DNA of 64,000 nt, taken from assembly GCA_965200705.1 (NCBI GenBank), contig OZ241376.1:2210813-2274812 (forward strand). The letters are read 5' to 3'. The notes under the pieces are model-generated. The model worked only from the letters and a program-made list of their open reading frames with translations, made no database searches and was not told where the DNA came from. The stretch is from Bryobacterales bacterium (GTDB lineage Bacteria; Acidobacteriota; Terriglobia; Bryobacterales; UBA6623). Below, in pieces: positions 36,144 through 46,786 of this stretch (positions are counted from its first letter, which is position 1; each line of letters opens with the position of its first letter). The position numbers and the translations under genes are program-made.

Positions 36144-38860
36144 GCCGATGTGCCGCGCAGGCCGGCACCCCCATCCGCCAGCCACCGCACCCGGCAGACC
36201 GCGCGGAAGTCGCAGTACTTCTCACAGAGGCGGGTGTCGCGGGGCTCGACTCTGATGTTGCCGTCAAGCACTTCGGCGACGACCTTGGCCGCGGTGTCCC
36301 GCGCACGGTCGACATGCTCCCGCACCTCGTGGTCACCAACCGCCTTGACATCGCCCACGCCATCGGTCGAGAAGCCCGCCCTCGTCGTGGAATCGCGCAA
36401 CCCGCACAGCACAACGCCGCCCGGAGTGCTCTCGACCTGCTGCTCCAAGGCGGCGAGGTACAGCAGCAGCTGCAGGCGATGACCGTCTAGATGGTTCTTG
36501 AGAAGGGCCTTAACGCGCTGTTCCCCCGAGTACTTGTAGTCCGTCACGAAGCATCGTCCGCGATCGTCCAGATCGAATCGGTCGATCCGTCCTCTCACGG
36601 TCGCCCTACCGTCTTCGACCGGCAGGCTGTACGTGCATTTCTCCTCGAAGAAGGCTCTTTTCGGCGTGTCCTGGTCCGAGGCCTGCGCGGTCTCGGCGGC
36701 GAAGCGCTCCAAGTTGGACCGCAGCTCCAGCCGCAGGCGTTCCGTGCGCAGACCTTCCTGGAGTCCCGCCCGCCTGAGTCCGTGCCGGAAGACAGAGTCC
36801 AAGAGTTCGCCCATCGACGGGGCGCCCCTGTTCCATTGCGCAAGAACCTCGTGGACGACCTCGCCGATCAACCTAGCGTCCATGCGTCGCTCGGGTGGCA
36901 GCACCCGGTCCTTGAGCTTGAGCGTGTGGCGCCCAAAGAACAGGTGCGGACACTGCAGGTAGTCGTCAAGCCCAGACGTGCTGAAAGTCGCGTTGCTGGA
37001 GGCAAATCCCTTCAGCAGTGCCGAGGGGAGGGATGCCTCGGAGCGGGCGGCGACACCCGGCCTAGGATCGTCGATGCGCAGCCAGTCTGGCCGACTGACG
37101 GGAGAGTCGTCCTCCAGGCACGACGACGGCAACAGGGGCCTGCCCTGGCCGTCCGCGGCTGGATAGCTCCGCACCAGCCGCACCGTGGCCCGTGTCGTGG
37201 CCAGCCGATAGATGATGCGCTCGTCGCTTGCCTTCGCTGCCGATGTCCGCAGGTCAAACCCCCGCTCCACGATGAGCCGCCTGTCCTCGTCATCGAACAG
37301 CGCATCCTCCGAGTGCCGGCGCGGAAACCACCCTTCGGCCAAGCCACACACGAACGTCACGGGTACCGACCACTGACGGGACTCCTGCACCGGCAGCACG
37401 TGCACCACTCCGAAGCGGTCGTCCGGTGCCCGCTCGGCGACTGAGCCCAGCACATCCTCCAGTGCCTCGATGAACTCCGCCAGCGACAACCGTCGATCCG
37501 TCAGGTCGGGTAGTGCGGCGACTTCGGCGAGGGCGTTCCGCAGGCGCTTCAGGGACCACTGAGCGAGCCGAAAGTCGCGTAGTCGCCGGAATGAAGTGCC
37601 TTCGGCAGGCGGTTCAAGCGCCAGGATTCGGGGCAGAAGTGCCAGGCACTCCCGACGCCAGCGCGACGCCCCGAAGCGTTTGCCATGCCAGTCGCGCTGG
37701 GCGTTCAGGCCGTCCAGCAGGGTACGCGGACCCTCGATCTGCGTGGCGACTTCGCGGAGGAATTCGAGCCCAGCGCCGGGCAACCTCTCGCGGACCTTGA
37801 AGTCAAACGCATCACGCTCGTCGGAGGTCATCCCCGGCGTCAGCGGAGAGACGATCGCCTCGAGCACCTCTCCGGCGGAGAACTGTCCGTGTATGGCCCG
37901 CAGCCACAGCAGGAAATGTCGCACGACGCCATGCTCGGCGAGGCTTCCGCCGGCCCAAGCGCGGTACGGGATCTCCAGGGCGTCGAATGTCTCGCGAAGC
38001 AGCGGCAGGTAGACATCCTCGCTGCGCACGATGATGGCGTGCTCCTGGAACGGTCTTCCGCTCCCCAAGATGCGGCGCGCGATCTCGAGCACCTCGTTGC
38101 GCGGCGACGCGGCTTCGACGGTCTCGACGGCTGGACCGTCGCCCGGCCGTGGCGGCATGTCCTCGACCCGCGCTTCCGGCAACGGGTAGCGGTCCAGACC
38201 GTCCGGAAGGGTGACCACGATGTCTTCGCATTGCTCCTGGAGCGCCGCGAGGAGACCCTCCTGCGGACGGGTGAATCGATCGAATCCGTCCAAGTAGACA
38301 GTCCGCACATCCCCCAGTCCGTCTCTCCGGATCACCGTCGCGGCCGCTGCGATTCGCTGGTTGCTGTGCACCAGACCCATTTCGTCCAGTGCTTCCTCGA
38401 ACTCACGGAATAGTCTCAGGAACGTCCGCTGGCTGCGACTCCGCTCCGTTCCCTGGAGGTGCAGGCTGCTCGCCCCGGCAGCCCAGATTTCGTCCATCAA
38501 CCGTCCGAGACGCAGCGGCAGTCCGGGAGCGCGGGCAAGGGCGCCGAATCCGTCCTCGCCCTGGCGACGCACCGTGCGCCGCAGCAGTCTGTCACGGACG
38601 GCAGGCGAAACCTGCTTCAGCTCGGGCGTGAGGCCCTGGACAAACTCCGAGAGAGTGCTCACGAGCCGCGTCGGCACCATCAGGCCCTCGCGTGCCAGCG
38701 CGAACAGCACGTGGTTCCGCATGCTCGCGGTCGGCACGAGCAGCTGCACCTCGTCAGCGCGACCCGACCGGACCGCGCCTGCGAGCGCCGCGAGGACACG
38801 ACCAGTCTTGCCGCTACCAGGAGGACCGATCAGTAGCATGGGCGTCGCAAAGTCAGTCAC
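36140..38860 (-). CDS. addB: AddB-like helicase-nuclease subunit (PD-(D/E)xK nuclease with a Cys cluster)
   Basis: MTDFATPMLLIGPPGSGKTG.., with C-terminal ..RIDRFD..FVTDYKYS..RLCEKYCDFRAVCRV. It is translationally coupled to addA. Confidence 0.8.
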   Translation of the reverse strand: MTDFATPMLLIGPPGSGKTGRVLAALAGAVRSGRADEVQLLVPTASMRNHVLFALAREGLMVPTRLVSTLSEFVQGLTPELKQVSPAVRDRLLRRTVRRQGEDGFGALARAPGLPLRLGRLMDEIWAAGASSLHLQGTERSRSQRTFLRLFREFEEALDEMGLVHSNQRIAAAATVIRRDGLGDVRTVYLDGFDRFTRPQEGLLAALQEQCEDIVVTLPDGLDRYPLPEARVEDMPPRPGDGPAVETVEAASPRNEVLEIARRILGSGRPFQEHAIIVRSEDVYLPLLRETFDALEIPYRAWAGGSLAEHGVVRHFLLWLRAIHGQFSAGEVLEAIVSPLTPGMTSDERDAFDFKVRERLPGAGLEFLREVATQIEGPRTLLDGLNAQRDWHGKRFGASRWRRECLALLPRILALEPPAEGTSFRRLRDFRLAQWSLKRLRNALAEVAALPDLTDRRLSLAEFIEALEDVLGSVAERAPDDRFGVVHVLPVQESRQWSVPVTFVCGLAEGWFPRRHSEDALFDDEDRRLIVERGFDLRTSAAKASDERIIYRLATTRATVRLVRSYPAADGQGRPLLPSSCLEDDSPVSRPDWLRIDDPRPGVAARSEASLPSALLKGFASSNATFSTSGLDDYLQCPHLFFGRHTLKLKDRVLPPERRMDARLIGEVVHEVLAQWNRGAPSMGELLDSVFRHGLRRAGLQEGLRTERLRLELRSNLERFAAETAQASDQDTPKRAFFEEKCTYSLPVEDGRATVRGRIDRFDLDDRGRCFVTDYKYSGEQRVKALLKNHLDGHRLQLLLYLAALEQQVESTPGGVVLCGLRDSTTRAGFSTDGVGDVKAVGDHEVREHVDRARDTAAKVVAEVLDGNIRVEPRDTRLCEKYCDFRAVCRVRWLADGGAGLRGTSA

Positions 38861-38964
38861 CTGATCGTCAACATGGATGGCCTATGATCGCGCATGGAAT
38901 CCGCCCAACTGCGCATGAGACAATGGCGCGGGTCGCGGGAGAGAGCGAGGACGGTGCAGTAGCC

Positions 38965-39645
38965 ATGCCCGCCGACTTGGCCGTCCGGAATCTGCGCAAG
39001 GAGTACCCCCACGCCTCGGGTGCGCTGGTCGTCCTAGACGGCCTCTCGCTGGACCTAAACCGGGGCGAGGCGCTCGCGGTGATGGGGCCCTCCGGCTCCG
39101 GCAAGAGCACGCTGCTCTACATTCTAGGGTCCTTGGAGCGCCCGACCGCCGGGGAGGTCACCGTTTGCGGGGAGCGGCCCTTCTCGCTCGACACCAAGGC
39201 ACTGGCAAGATTCCGCAACCGCAGCGTTGGGTTCGTGTTCCAGGACCACCACCTGCTTCCCCAGTGCACGAGCCTGGAGAACGTGCTGGTGCCCACGCTG
39301 GCGAGCCGCGGCGAGGCCAAGGCGGCCGAAGCGCGCGCCCGCACCCTGCTCGAGCGTGTGGGCCTTGCCGACCGCATGGACCGCCTGCCGTCCGAGCTGT
39401 CGGGCGGAGAGCGCCAGCGCGTCGCTATCGCGCGGGCGCTGGTGAATGACCCGCCCGCGGTCCTGGCCGACGAGCCGACGGGCAACCTCGACCGGCGCAA
39501 CGCCGAGAAGGTCGGCAGCCTGCTGCTCGAGCTGCAGCGGGAACGCAATGTCGCCCTGATTGCCGTGACACACAGTGGCGACCTGGCCGCGCGCTTCCCC
39601 GCTCGGGCGGAGCTTCTCGACGGCCGTCTGCATCGGGAGACCTAG
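38965..39645 (+). CDS. ABC transporter ATP-binding protein (LolD/MacB-type), with no adjacent permease
   Basis: ..GPSGSGKSTLL..LSGGERQRVAIARAL..LADEPTGNLD.. The start was chosen at MPADLAVRNL. Confidence 0.85.
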   Translation: MPADLAVRNLRKEYPHASGALVVLDGLSLDLNRGEALAVMGPSGSGKSTLLYILGSLERPTAGEVTVCGERPFSLDTKALARFRNRSVGFVFQDHHLLPQCTSLENVLVPTLASRGEAKAAEARARTLLERVGLADRMDRLPSELSGGERQRVAIARALVNDPPAVLADEPTGNLDRRNAEKVGSLLLELQRERNVALIAVTHSGDLAARFPARAELLDGRLHRET

Positions 39646-39652
39646 GCGCAGC

Positions 39653-40906
39653 ATGGAACAAACGAAGGTGCTCGGACTGATCCTTGCTGGGGGCAAGGGG
39701 ACCCGGCTCTTCCCCCTGACGAAGGAGCGCAGCAAGCCCGCAGTGCCGTTCGGCGGCAAGTACCGCATCGTCGACTTCGTCCTCAGCAACTTCATCAATT
39801 CCGGCATTTACTCGATCTACGTCCTGACGCAGTTCAAGAGCCAGTCGCTGCTGCAGCACATGCGCAACGCGTGGCACTTCTCCGAGCTGCTGCAAAGCCA
39901 GTTCATCCTTCCCGTGCCAGCCCAGATGCGCAAGGGCCAGCACTGGTACAAGGGGACCTCCGACGCCATCCACCAGAACCTCCACCTAGTCGAGCTCTCG
40001 CAGCCCGAGATGGTGGCGGTCTTCGGTGCGGATCACATCTACTACATGGACATCCGGCAGATGATCGCCTACCACCGCGAGAAGGACGCGTGGGGCACGG
40101 TAGCTGCCCTGCCCATCCCGACCGAGCAGGCGGGGCGCTTCGGCACGATGGAGATCGACGATGGCTGGCGCATCCTTCGGTTTCTGGAGAAGGACCCCAA
40201 CCCGCCGGAGATACCGGGCCGTCCGGGCTGGTGCCTCGCGTCGATGGGCAACTACATCTTTCAGACCGACGTGCTGGTGAGCGAGCTGCGACGAGACGCG
40301 GTGCGGACCGACAGCGAGCACGACTTCGGCCGCAACATGCTGCCGGAGATGGTCAACGAGATGCCGATCTACGCCTACGACTACCTCTCAAACGAGGTCC
40401 CCGGCGAGATGCCCCGAGAACACGGGTACTGGCGGGACGTCGGCACAATCGAGGCGTACTACAACGCCAACATGGACCTGCGTTCGCACAGCCCCACGCT
40501 CAACCTCTACAACCCGCAGTGGCCGCTGCGGACCGCGGAGTACCCGGTCGCACCCTCGCGATACTGTCTGGACGAACAGGGCGGAGCAGGCGAGGCCATC
40601 GACTCGGTAGTGTCGGAGGGATGCGTGCTGAAGGGGTCGATGGTGCGTGGCTCCATCATCGGGCGCAGCGTGTACGTCGACTCCGGAGCGTCCATCGAGG
40701 ACTCGATCGTCATGGCGCGCTGCCACATCGGCGCGGGCGCAATGATCCGGCGGACGATCATCGACAAGAACGCCCGCATTCCCGCCCGAACGCGCATCGG
40801 CTTCGACGAGCAGCAGGATCGCGAGCGTCACCACATGTCGGACGCCGGCATCGTCGTCGTGGAGGGACCGCGGACGGCGATCCCAATCAATCCGGTTTCC
40901 TACTGA
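39653..40906 (+). CDS. glgC: Glucose-1-phosphate adenylyltransferase
   Basis: MEQTKVLGLILAGGKGTRLFPLTKERSKPAVPFGGKYRIVDFVLSN.. Confidence 0.9.
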   Translation: MEQTKVLGLILAGGKGTRLFPLTKERSKPAVPFGGKYRIVDFVLSNFINSGIYSIYVLTQFKSQSLLQHMRNAWHFSELLQSQFILPVPAQMRKGQHWYKGTSDAIHQNLHLVELSQPEMVAVFGADHIYYMDIRQMIAYHREKDAWGTVAALPIPTEQAGRFGTMEIDDGWRILRFLEKDPNPPEIPGRPGWCLASMGNYIFQTDVLVSELRRDAVRTDSEHDFGRNMLPEMVNEMPIYAYDYLSNEVPGEMPREHGYWRDVGTIEAYYNANMDLRSHSPTLNLYNPQWPLRTAEYPVAPSRYCLDEQGGAGEAIDSVVSEGCVLKGSMVRGSIIGRSVYVDSGASIEDSIVMARCHIGAGAMIRRTIIDKNARIPARTRIGFDEQQDRERHHMSDAGIVVVEGPRTAIPINPVSY

Positions 40907-40925
40907 GCGGTTCGCAGGGGTCCGG

Positions 40926-41303
40926 CTAGCCGTCCGCCAGCATGGAGGCGAGCGAGGCGGACAGGGCTCCGCGGCTGCACGACGCATCGCATCCGGCAGC
41001 GGTCGCGTCCTGCAGAAGGCTCTCGTGGGTGTGGTTGGCGAATCCGATCACGCGCGGTTGCGGATCGAGCGGCATGGCGCGGATCTCGCGGATCGTATCG
41101 ATCGGGTCGAGGGCGCCCGCGTCGAGGTCGATGACGACCATGTCCGCGCCATCCCCCAGTGCCTTCAGGAGTGCATGTCGCGTGCCGACAACCCGAGCAT
41201 CAATGCCCAGCCGCCGGGCCGTCCCCGTCACCTTGGCGCTGAAGAAGATGTCCGGAATGGCGGCGAGAACGCGCCTCTGGCGCTGGTTGTGGGACCCCTT
41301 CAC
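40926..41303 (-). CDS. Stand-alone receiver (CheY)-like domain protein
   Basis: ..VLAAIPDIFF..ADMVVIDLD..IREIR.. shows a receiver-like beta-alpha pattern. No output domain is present. Confidence 0.6.
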   Translation of the reverse strand: MKGSHNQRQRRVLAAIPDIFFSAKVTGTARRLGIDARVVGTRHALLKALGDGADMVVIDLDAGALDPIDTIREIRAMPLDPQPRVIGFANHTHESLLQDATAAGCDASCSRGALSASLASMLADG

Positions 41304-41340
41304 TCCGCTACCCTTCTGTTAGCCTGAGGTTAGCAGCGAC

Positions 41341-42174
41341 ATGCCTGCGAAGCGCGGATTCACGATCGCCCACAGCCCCGACGCGGACGACGCGTTCATG
41401 TTCTACGCGCTGGCGACCGGTCGCATCGAGTCGGAGACTCTCGAGTTCCACCACGTCCTCAAGGACATCCAGTCCCTGAACCAGGACGCACACGTGGGCC
41501 GATACGACATGACCGCGATCTCGTACCACGCCTACCCCTACGTGGCGGACAAGTACCTGCTCACCGCCGCGGGCTCCAGCGTCGGGGACGGCTACGGACC
41601 TATCGTCGTCGCGCGGGAACCGATGCCGGCAAGCCTAGCCGGCAAGCGCGTTGCGGTACCCGGCATGCTGACCACGGCGTACCTGGCCCTCAAGCTCTAC
41701 GAGCCCGACATCAGGCCCGTCGTGTGCGAGTTCGACAAGATCCTGGACGTCGTGGAGCGTGACGAAGTGGACGCCGGAGTCGTGATCCACGAGGGACAGC
41801 TCACGTTCGCAGGCACTGGTCTGCAGAGCGTCGTCGACTTGGGTGCTTGGTGGAAAGAGACGCAGGGCCTGCCACTGCCTCTGGGATGCAACTGCATCCT
41901 GCGCAGCCTCCCTCTCGAGGTGCAGCAGGAGGCCCGCAGCAAGCTGGCCGCGACGATCCAGTACTCGCTGGACCACCGCGAAGAGGCCCTGGAGTACGCC
42001 TTGCAGTTCTCGCGCGGCCTCAGCACGCACCTAGCCGACGAGTTCGTCGGCATGTACGTCAATCACCACACCACGAGCATGGCGCCGGAGGTGCTCGAGT
42101 CCGGCCAACGACTGCTGGACATGGGGCATTCGGCAGGCCTGATCCCGACCAGTGTCCAGCTGGAGTACGTCTAG
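41341..42174 (+). CDS. MqnA/MqnD-family protein (futalosine menaquinone pathway)
   Basis: ..IAHSPDADDAFMFYAL..DIQSLN..YDMTAISYHAY..VIHEGQLTF.. Confidence 0.75.
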   Translation: MPAKRGFTIAHSPDADDAFMFYALATGRIESETLEFHHVLKDIQSLNQDAHVGRYDMTAISYHAYPYVADKYLLTAAGSSVGDGYGPIVVAREPMPASLAGKRVAVPGMLTTAYLALKLYEPDIRPVVCEFDKILDVVERDEVDAGVVIHEGQLTFAGTGLQSVVDLGAWWKETQGLPLPLGCNCILRSLPLEVQQEARSKLAATIQYSLDHREEALEYALQFSRGLSTHLADEFVGMYVNHHTTSMAPEVLESGQRLLDMGHSAGLIPTSVQLEYV

Positions 42175-42194
42175 ACCGCCGCAGCGAGGGAACC

Positions 42195-43502
42195 ATGATC
42201 GCAGCCGGCCGCGTCGCATGTGCTCTCCTGCTCGCCGCAGGGGCCGCTTTGGCCCAAGACTCCGCGGAGCAGCGCCTTTCCGACCCCAGCCCGGGCCGCC
42301 GGATTAAGGCCGTGCGGTCCGTGGCGGACGGAACGGACATCGCTCGGACTGCTGCCCTGCTGGATCCCCTGCTCGCGGACGAGAGCGAGGAGGTGCGCCT
42401 TGAGGTCGTCAAGGCGTTCATCCGGATGCGAAGCATCGACGCCCAGCCGTACCTTGTCAAGGCAACGGTCGACCTGACTCCGCGCCTGCAGATTCTGGCG
42501 ACGGACGGCCTAGTCGACTTCTACGAGCCGGGTTACGCCAACATCGGCCGGCTCGGCACCCTGAAGGGGCTGACTTCGTCGGTCATCAGTCGGTTCCGGA
42601 ATCCGAACCCTGTCGTCGTGCCCCCCTACGTGAGGGTCGCTCCCACCGTCATCGACGCCCTGGGGGAGCAGGTCCGGAACGGCCGCAGCGAACCCGTGAG
42701 GGCAAACGCCGCCCGCGCGATCGGCGTTCTGCGCGGTGGTGCGGCACTGGACGCTCTGCTTGAGGGCGTGCGGTCGCGCGACCCGACGATCATGCGCGAG
42801 AGCGTGCTGGCCATCAAGAAGATCCGGGATCCGAGGGCAGGCCCCGGAATCGTGTTCCTGCTCCGAGATCCAGACTTCAAGCTGCAGATCGCAGCCATCG
42901 AGACGCTGGGCCAGCTCAGAACCGCCGAAGCCGCACCGGAGCTCGTGCGGGTCGTCGAGGAGAGCACAAGGAAAGAGGTCCGCATCGCGGCCATGATCGC
43001 CCTAGCGAAGATCCCCGACAGCGGGCAGCGCGTCTTCTTCCTCAACCGCGTCGCCGATCCCGAGGCCGGCATCCGCGCCGCGGCTGCGGAGGGGCTCGGC
43101 CGCAATGGCCAGCCCCTCGACTTGACGACGATCGGGGAACGCTATCGCGTCGAGAAGAACGCGTCGGCGAGGCTGTCCCTAGCGTTCGCGTACGTCAGCC
43201 TAGGCAACCTCGTGCCGCTCGAGTCGCTGGTCGACGCTCTGCAGTCGCGCGTGCACCGGGGCGAGGCGCGGCCGTTCCTCGTGGAGCTGGCGCGCAAGCC
43301 GAAAGTCCTCGAACGTCTCTACGTGCCGCTGGGCTCGGGATCGGTCGCCCAGCGCCGACAACTGGCCCAGGTCGTGGCCCAGAGCGGCGGCGAGGAGAGC
43401 GTCGCCCATCTGCAGAACCTCGTGGACGATCCCACGTCGGAGGTCTCCAACGCGGCGATCGATGCCCTGCGCGTGCTCCAGTACCGGCTCGCCGCCGACT
43501 AA
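42195..43502 (+). CDS. Secreted HEAT-repeat protein
   Basis: A signal peptide (MIAAGRVACALLLAAGAALA) is followed by repeated ..VRxxAxxALGxL.. units. Confidence 0.75.
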   Translation: MIAAGRVACALLLAAGAALAQDSAEQRLSDPSPGRRIKAVRSVADGTDIARTAALLDPLLADESEEVRLEVVKAFIRMRSIDAQPYLVKATVDLTPRLQILATDGLVDFYEPGYANIGRLGTLKGLTSSVISRFRNPNPVVVPPYVRVAPTVIDALGEQVRNGRSEPVRANAARAIGVLRGGAALDALLEGVRSRDPTIMRESVLAIKKIRDPRAGPGIVFLLRDPDFKLQIAAIETLGQLRTAEAAPELVRVVEESTRKEVRIAAMIALAKIPDSGQRVFFLNRVADPEAGIRAAAAEGLGRNGQPLDLTTIGERYRVEKNASARLSLAFAYVSLGNLVPLESLVDALQSRVHRGEARPFLVELARKPKVLERLYVPLGSGSVAQRRQLAQVVAQSGGEESVAHLQNLVDDPTSEVSNAAIDALRVLQYRLAAD

Positions 43503-43555
43503 CGCGGGCAACTACGGGCGCAAGGCGCTCGGTCGGCGGTGGCGCGCCGAATCGT

Positions 43556-43765
43556 TCAGCGCTTGCGCTGCTGCTTCTGCTGGCCGACCCGGACGCGCTT
43601 TAGAGACGCCTTCTGGTCGGCCCAGGCCTTCCAATCGAATCGCTTCGACGCGTCGGCCAGATAGGCCTCCACGTCCGCGCCCTTCGGCAGCACGGCGACG
43701 ATGGTCGCCCGCTCTCCGGTCTCGCTGCGATAGATCGAGAACTTCCGCACGTTCGGAATCGCCAT
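43556..43765 (-). CDS. Small basic-tailed hypothetical protein (69 aa)
   Basis: A strong AAGGAG lies 2 nt before the ATG. It reads MAIPNVRKFSIYRSETGERATIVAVLPKGADVEAYL..QQKQQRKR. Confidence 0.55.
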   Translation of the reverse strand: MAIPNVRKFSIYRSETGERATIVAVLPKGADVEAYLADASKRFDWKAWADQKASLKRVRVGQQKQQRKR

Positions 43766-43816
43766 GGCTCCTTGAAACTAGCACAGGCGCAGAATGCGCC
43801 ATAGAGACTTCGGCCC

Positions 43817-44989
43817 CTAGCGGGAAGCGTCGGAAGGCTCGGCCACCTCCGGCTCCACAGGTTCGCCGTCCGGTCTGGCGACCGGACCGTGGAAGTACCC
43901 AACGCGATGCCGCACCCGCAGCTTCTCGTAGGGCACCTCGACGCGGATGCGATGGTAGATGCCGCGCTCGTTGAGGTTGTTGGGCGAATAGCTGAGACGG
44001 TACCTGCTGCGGATGTCCTCGCCGATGCGGATGATCGACTCCTGGACGCCGCTGGAGGTGCGGGGACTGAAGTCACGTCCGCCAGTGCCGTCGGCAAGGA
44101 TCTCGAGGGGGTTGGTGAAGATCAGGTTCTTCACGCCCCGCACGAGGTCGATGATGATGGGGATCATGTTGGGCGTGACAGTGTAGGAGCTCTGCTGCTG
44201 GGCGGTCGGCGTAGCCGGCGTGCCGGGCATCGTAGGACGCACGACCACGCCGGCCGGGATGTTGGGGGGACGAACCTCGGCCTTGCGGCGCAGCCGCGCG
44301 GACAAAGTCGAGAGCCGCACGGCGTAGATCGAGATGTTGTAGAGCTGGGCGGTGCGCAGGCTCTCACCAAGGCCGATGCGGCTGCCGTTGTTCTGGGATT
44401 CCGAGATCAGCACGATCACCTTGCGGTGGTTCTCCGGTCGGCGGAGCAGCATCCGGATCGCGCTGTAGGTCGCGTCGGCCATGGCGACGGCCGAGGTGCC
44501 GATGCGCATGCTCTTGAGCGCCTTGTCGATCCTCCTGGTGTCGTTCGTGAAGTCCTCCAGCAGCTTAATCCGGCTGTCGAAGGTCAGCACGGCGGCCTCG
44601 CCATTGGCACCGAGCACGAGTTCGGTGAAGAGGTAGGCCGACTTGCGGATGTCGCCAAGTATGCCTTCGACGCGGTCGCTCGTCTGGACGCAGATCACCA
44701 TCGAGATCGGCAGGAAGCTCACGTCGAACCCCGTGATCCGCTGCTCCACGTCGTTGTCGAAGATCGTGAAGTCGGCCTGGAGCATGTCGTGGATGTACTC
44801 GCCCTTGGGGCTGCGGACCGTCAGCGGAACGGTGACCTCGTCAATGTCCTCCAGAAAGATCGCGGGCTGGTCGGACTCGAAGAGCGTCTCCGGGTCAAAC
44901 AGCTCCCCACCGTCCTGCGCGAGCGTGGCGCACACGCACGCGGCCGCGAGGGCAAGGACTCGGATGGTTCGCCGCGGGTGCCCCTTCAT
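43817..44989 (-). CDS. VWA domain protein of the acidobacterial VWFA-related type
   Basis: A signal peptide begins at MKGHPRRTIRVLALAAA. It continues ..FTIFDNDVEQRI..ISMVICVQTSDR..KVIVLISESQNNGS... Confidence 0.85.
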   Translation of the reverse strand: MKGHPRRTIRVLALAAACVCATLAQDGGELFDPETLFESDQPAIFLEDIDEVTVPLTVRSPKGEYIHDMLQADFTIFDNDVEQRITGFDVSFLPISMVICVQTSDRVEGILGDIRKSAYLFTELVLGANGEAAVLTFDSRIKLLEDFTNDTRRIDKALKSMRIGTSAVAMADATYSAIRMLLRRPENHRKVIVLISESQNNGSRIGLGESLRTAQLYNISIYAVRLSTLSARLRRKAEVRPPNIPAGVVVRPTMPGTPATPTAQQQSSYTVTPNMIPIIIDLVRGVKNLIFTNPLEILADGTGGRDFSPRTSSGVQESIIRIGEDIRSRYRLSYSPNNLNERGIYHRIRVEVPYEKLRVRHRVGYFHGPVARPDGEPVEPEVAEPSDASR

Positions 44990-45014
44990 GCCAGCCAGCA
45001 ATCCCAAGTGTCGA

Positions 45015-45494
45015 CTACGCGGGCGCCGCGGATGCACGTGCATAGCGCCCGCTCTTGCCGCCCGACTTCTCCAGCAGGACGAGGTCCGTGATCAGGATCC
45101 CCTTGTCGAGCGCCTTGCACATGTCGTAGACGGTCAAGGCCGCCACCGCTGCCGCCGTCATGGCCTCCATCTCAACCCCTGTGGGACCCGTCGTGGCGGC
45201 CGTGGCGTTGATCGCCACGCCACGGTCGATGGCACTCACGTTGACTTCGACGTGCGTCAGCTGCAGTGGGTGACACATCGGAATCAAGTCCGAGGTGCGC
45301 TTCGCCGCCTGGATCCCCGCGATCCTCGCGACCTCCAGCGGGTTGCCCTTTGGGTTGTCGGGCAGGGCAGCGATCACATCGGGCCCCATGCCGACGAAGA
45401 CCGAGGCTGTGGCCTCGCGCCGGGTCGCAGGCTTGGAGCCCACGTCGACCATCCTGGCGACCCCGTCGTCGTCAAAGTGGCTGAGACCACTCAC
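45015..45494 (-). CDS. moaC: Cyclic pyranopterin monophosphate synthase MoaC
   Basis: ..[42 protein letters not shown].. A GTG start overlaps the moeA stop. Confidence 0.9.
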   Translation of the reverse strand: MSGLSHFDDDGVARMVDVGSKPATRREATASVFVGMGPDVIAALPDNPKGNPLEVARIAGIQAAKRTSDLIPMCHPLQLTHVEVNVSAIDRGVAINATAATTGPTGVEMEAMTAAAVAALTVYDMCKALDKGILITDLVLLEKSGGKSGRYARASAAPA

Positions 45495-46699
45495 AGCGGC
45501 ATGACCTCGATCAGGTCCCCCGCCTCCCACGACGCACGGTCCTGGGAGGCGACCATCAGGCAGTCCGCACGGGCGAAGGCCGTGACATCGCCAGAACCCT
45601 CCCCACGGTCCGGCCGCACCCGCACGTCTCCGTAGTCGCCCTCCATGCGGGCGCCGATGAAGCGCGTGAGCACCGGCTTGTGCCGGAACGCCTGCGCGAG
45701 CGGCAGCCTGGCGAACCGGAGGTGCGTCGCACGCGCACCGCCGAGCAGGTCGACGAGAAGCGCGCCGAACAGCTCGAACGTGACCATCGTGGACAGGGGA
45801 TTACCCGGCAGTCCCAGCACCGGAGTGCTCCCCACCATCGCGAACACCATCGGCTTGCCAGGCTGAATGCGCACTGACGTAATCAGGATTCTCGCACCGA
45901 GATCCGCCAGCACGTCCTCCACGAGGTCGTGCTTCCCCATCGAGACGCCACCCGAGAGCAGCAGCATATCGCTGCGCAGGCCGTCCTCGATGAGCGCGCG
46001 AGTCTCGGCCATGCGATCTGGGGCGATCGGCAGCATCCGCGGTCGTCCGCCGCGCCGCCGGATCTGGGCAGCGAGTGCGTGCGCGTTGGAGTTGCGGATC
46101 TGGAAGGACTCGGGCTGGGCCTCGACAGGCAGCACTTCGTCCCCGGTGGAGAGGATTGCGACTTCGGGCTGCCGAAACACGGGTACCTCCGCATAGCCCA
46201 CCGTGCCCAGCTGTGCGATTTGCGGGTGGCCGATCCGCGTGCCCCTGCACAGTACCGCGACCTCCGCCTGGACCTCAGACCCCGCCGGGATCAGGTTGCG
46301 GCCCGATTCGATCGTTCGGTGCAGCGTGACGCGGGAGCCGTTGCGCGTGGAGTACTCCACCATGACTACGGCGTCCGCGTTGGCGGGCCCGGGGGCTCCG
46401 GTCATGATCTCCACGGTCTGTCCGCGGGACAGCGCGAACCGGGAGGGCTCACCAGCCTGCGTCTCCCCCAGCAGGTCGAGCGTGGCAGGCACCTCGGCCA
46501 CGTCCGCCGCGATGACCGCGAAGCCGTCTCTGGCCGACCGGTTGAACGGCGGGTAGTCGCGATCCGCCTCCACGTCCATGGCCAGGATCCGACCGGCCGA
46601 CGAGTCCAGCCCAACGCGCTCCACCTGCGGCGGACCGAATGACTCGGCAACCGTCTCGCGGATCAGCTTGCGCGCCGCATCGAAGCGCATCGGGGACAT
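45491..46699 (-). CDS. moeA: Molybdopterin molybdotransferase MoeA
   Basis: ..[35 protein letters not shown].. Confidence 0.9.
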   Translation of the reverse strand: MSPMRFDAARKLIRETVAESFGPPQVERVGLDSSAGRILAMDVEADRDYPPFNRSARDGFAVIAADVAEVPATLDLLGETQAGEPSRFALSRGQTVEIMTGAPGPANADAVVMVEYSTRNGSRVTLHRTIESGRNLIPAGSEVQAEVAVLCRGTRIGHPQIAQLGTVGYAEVPVFRQPEVAILSTGDEVLPVEAQPESFQIRNSNAHALAAQIRRRGGRPRMLPIAPDRMAETRALIEDGLRSDMLLLSGGVSMGKHDLVEDVLADLGARILITSVRIQPGKPMVFAMVGSTPVLGLPGNPLSTMVTFELFGALLVDLLGGARATHLRFARLPLAQAFRHKPVLTRFIGARMEGDYGDVRVRPDRGEGSGDVTAFARADCLMVASQDRASWEAGDLIEVMPL

Positions 46700-46786
46700 G
46701 GGGAGGATCGGCTTCCGGGACAGGAACTCGACGCTGTGAGTTTCGCACAGGCCGCCGAACCGGTTTCACCGGTCCGGGCGGGTGCG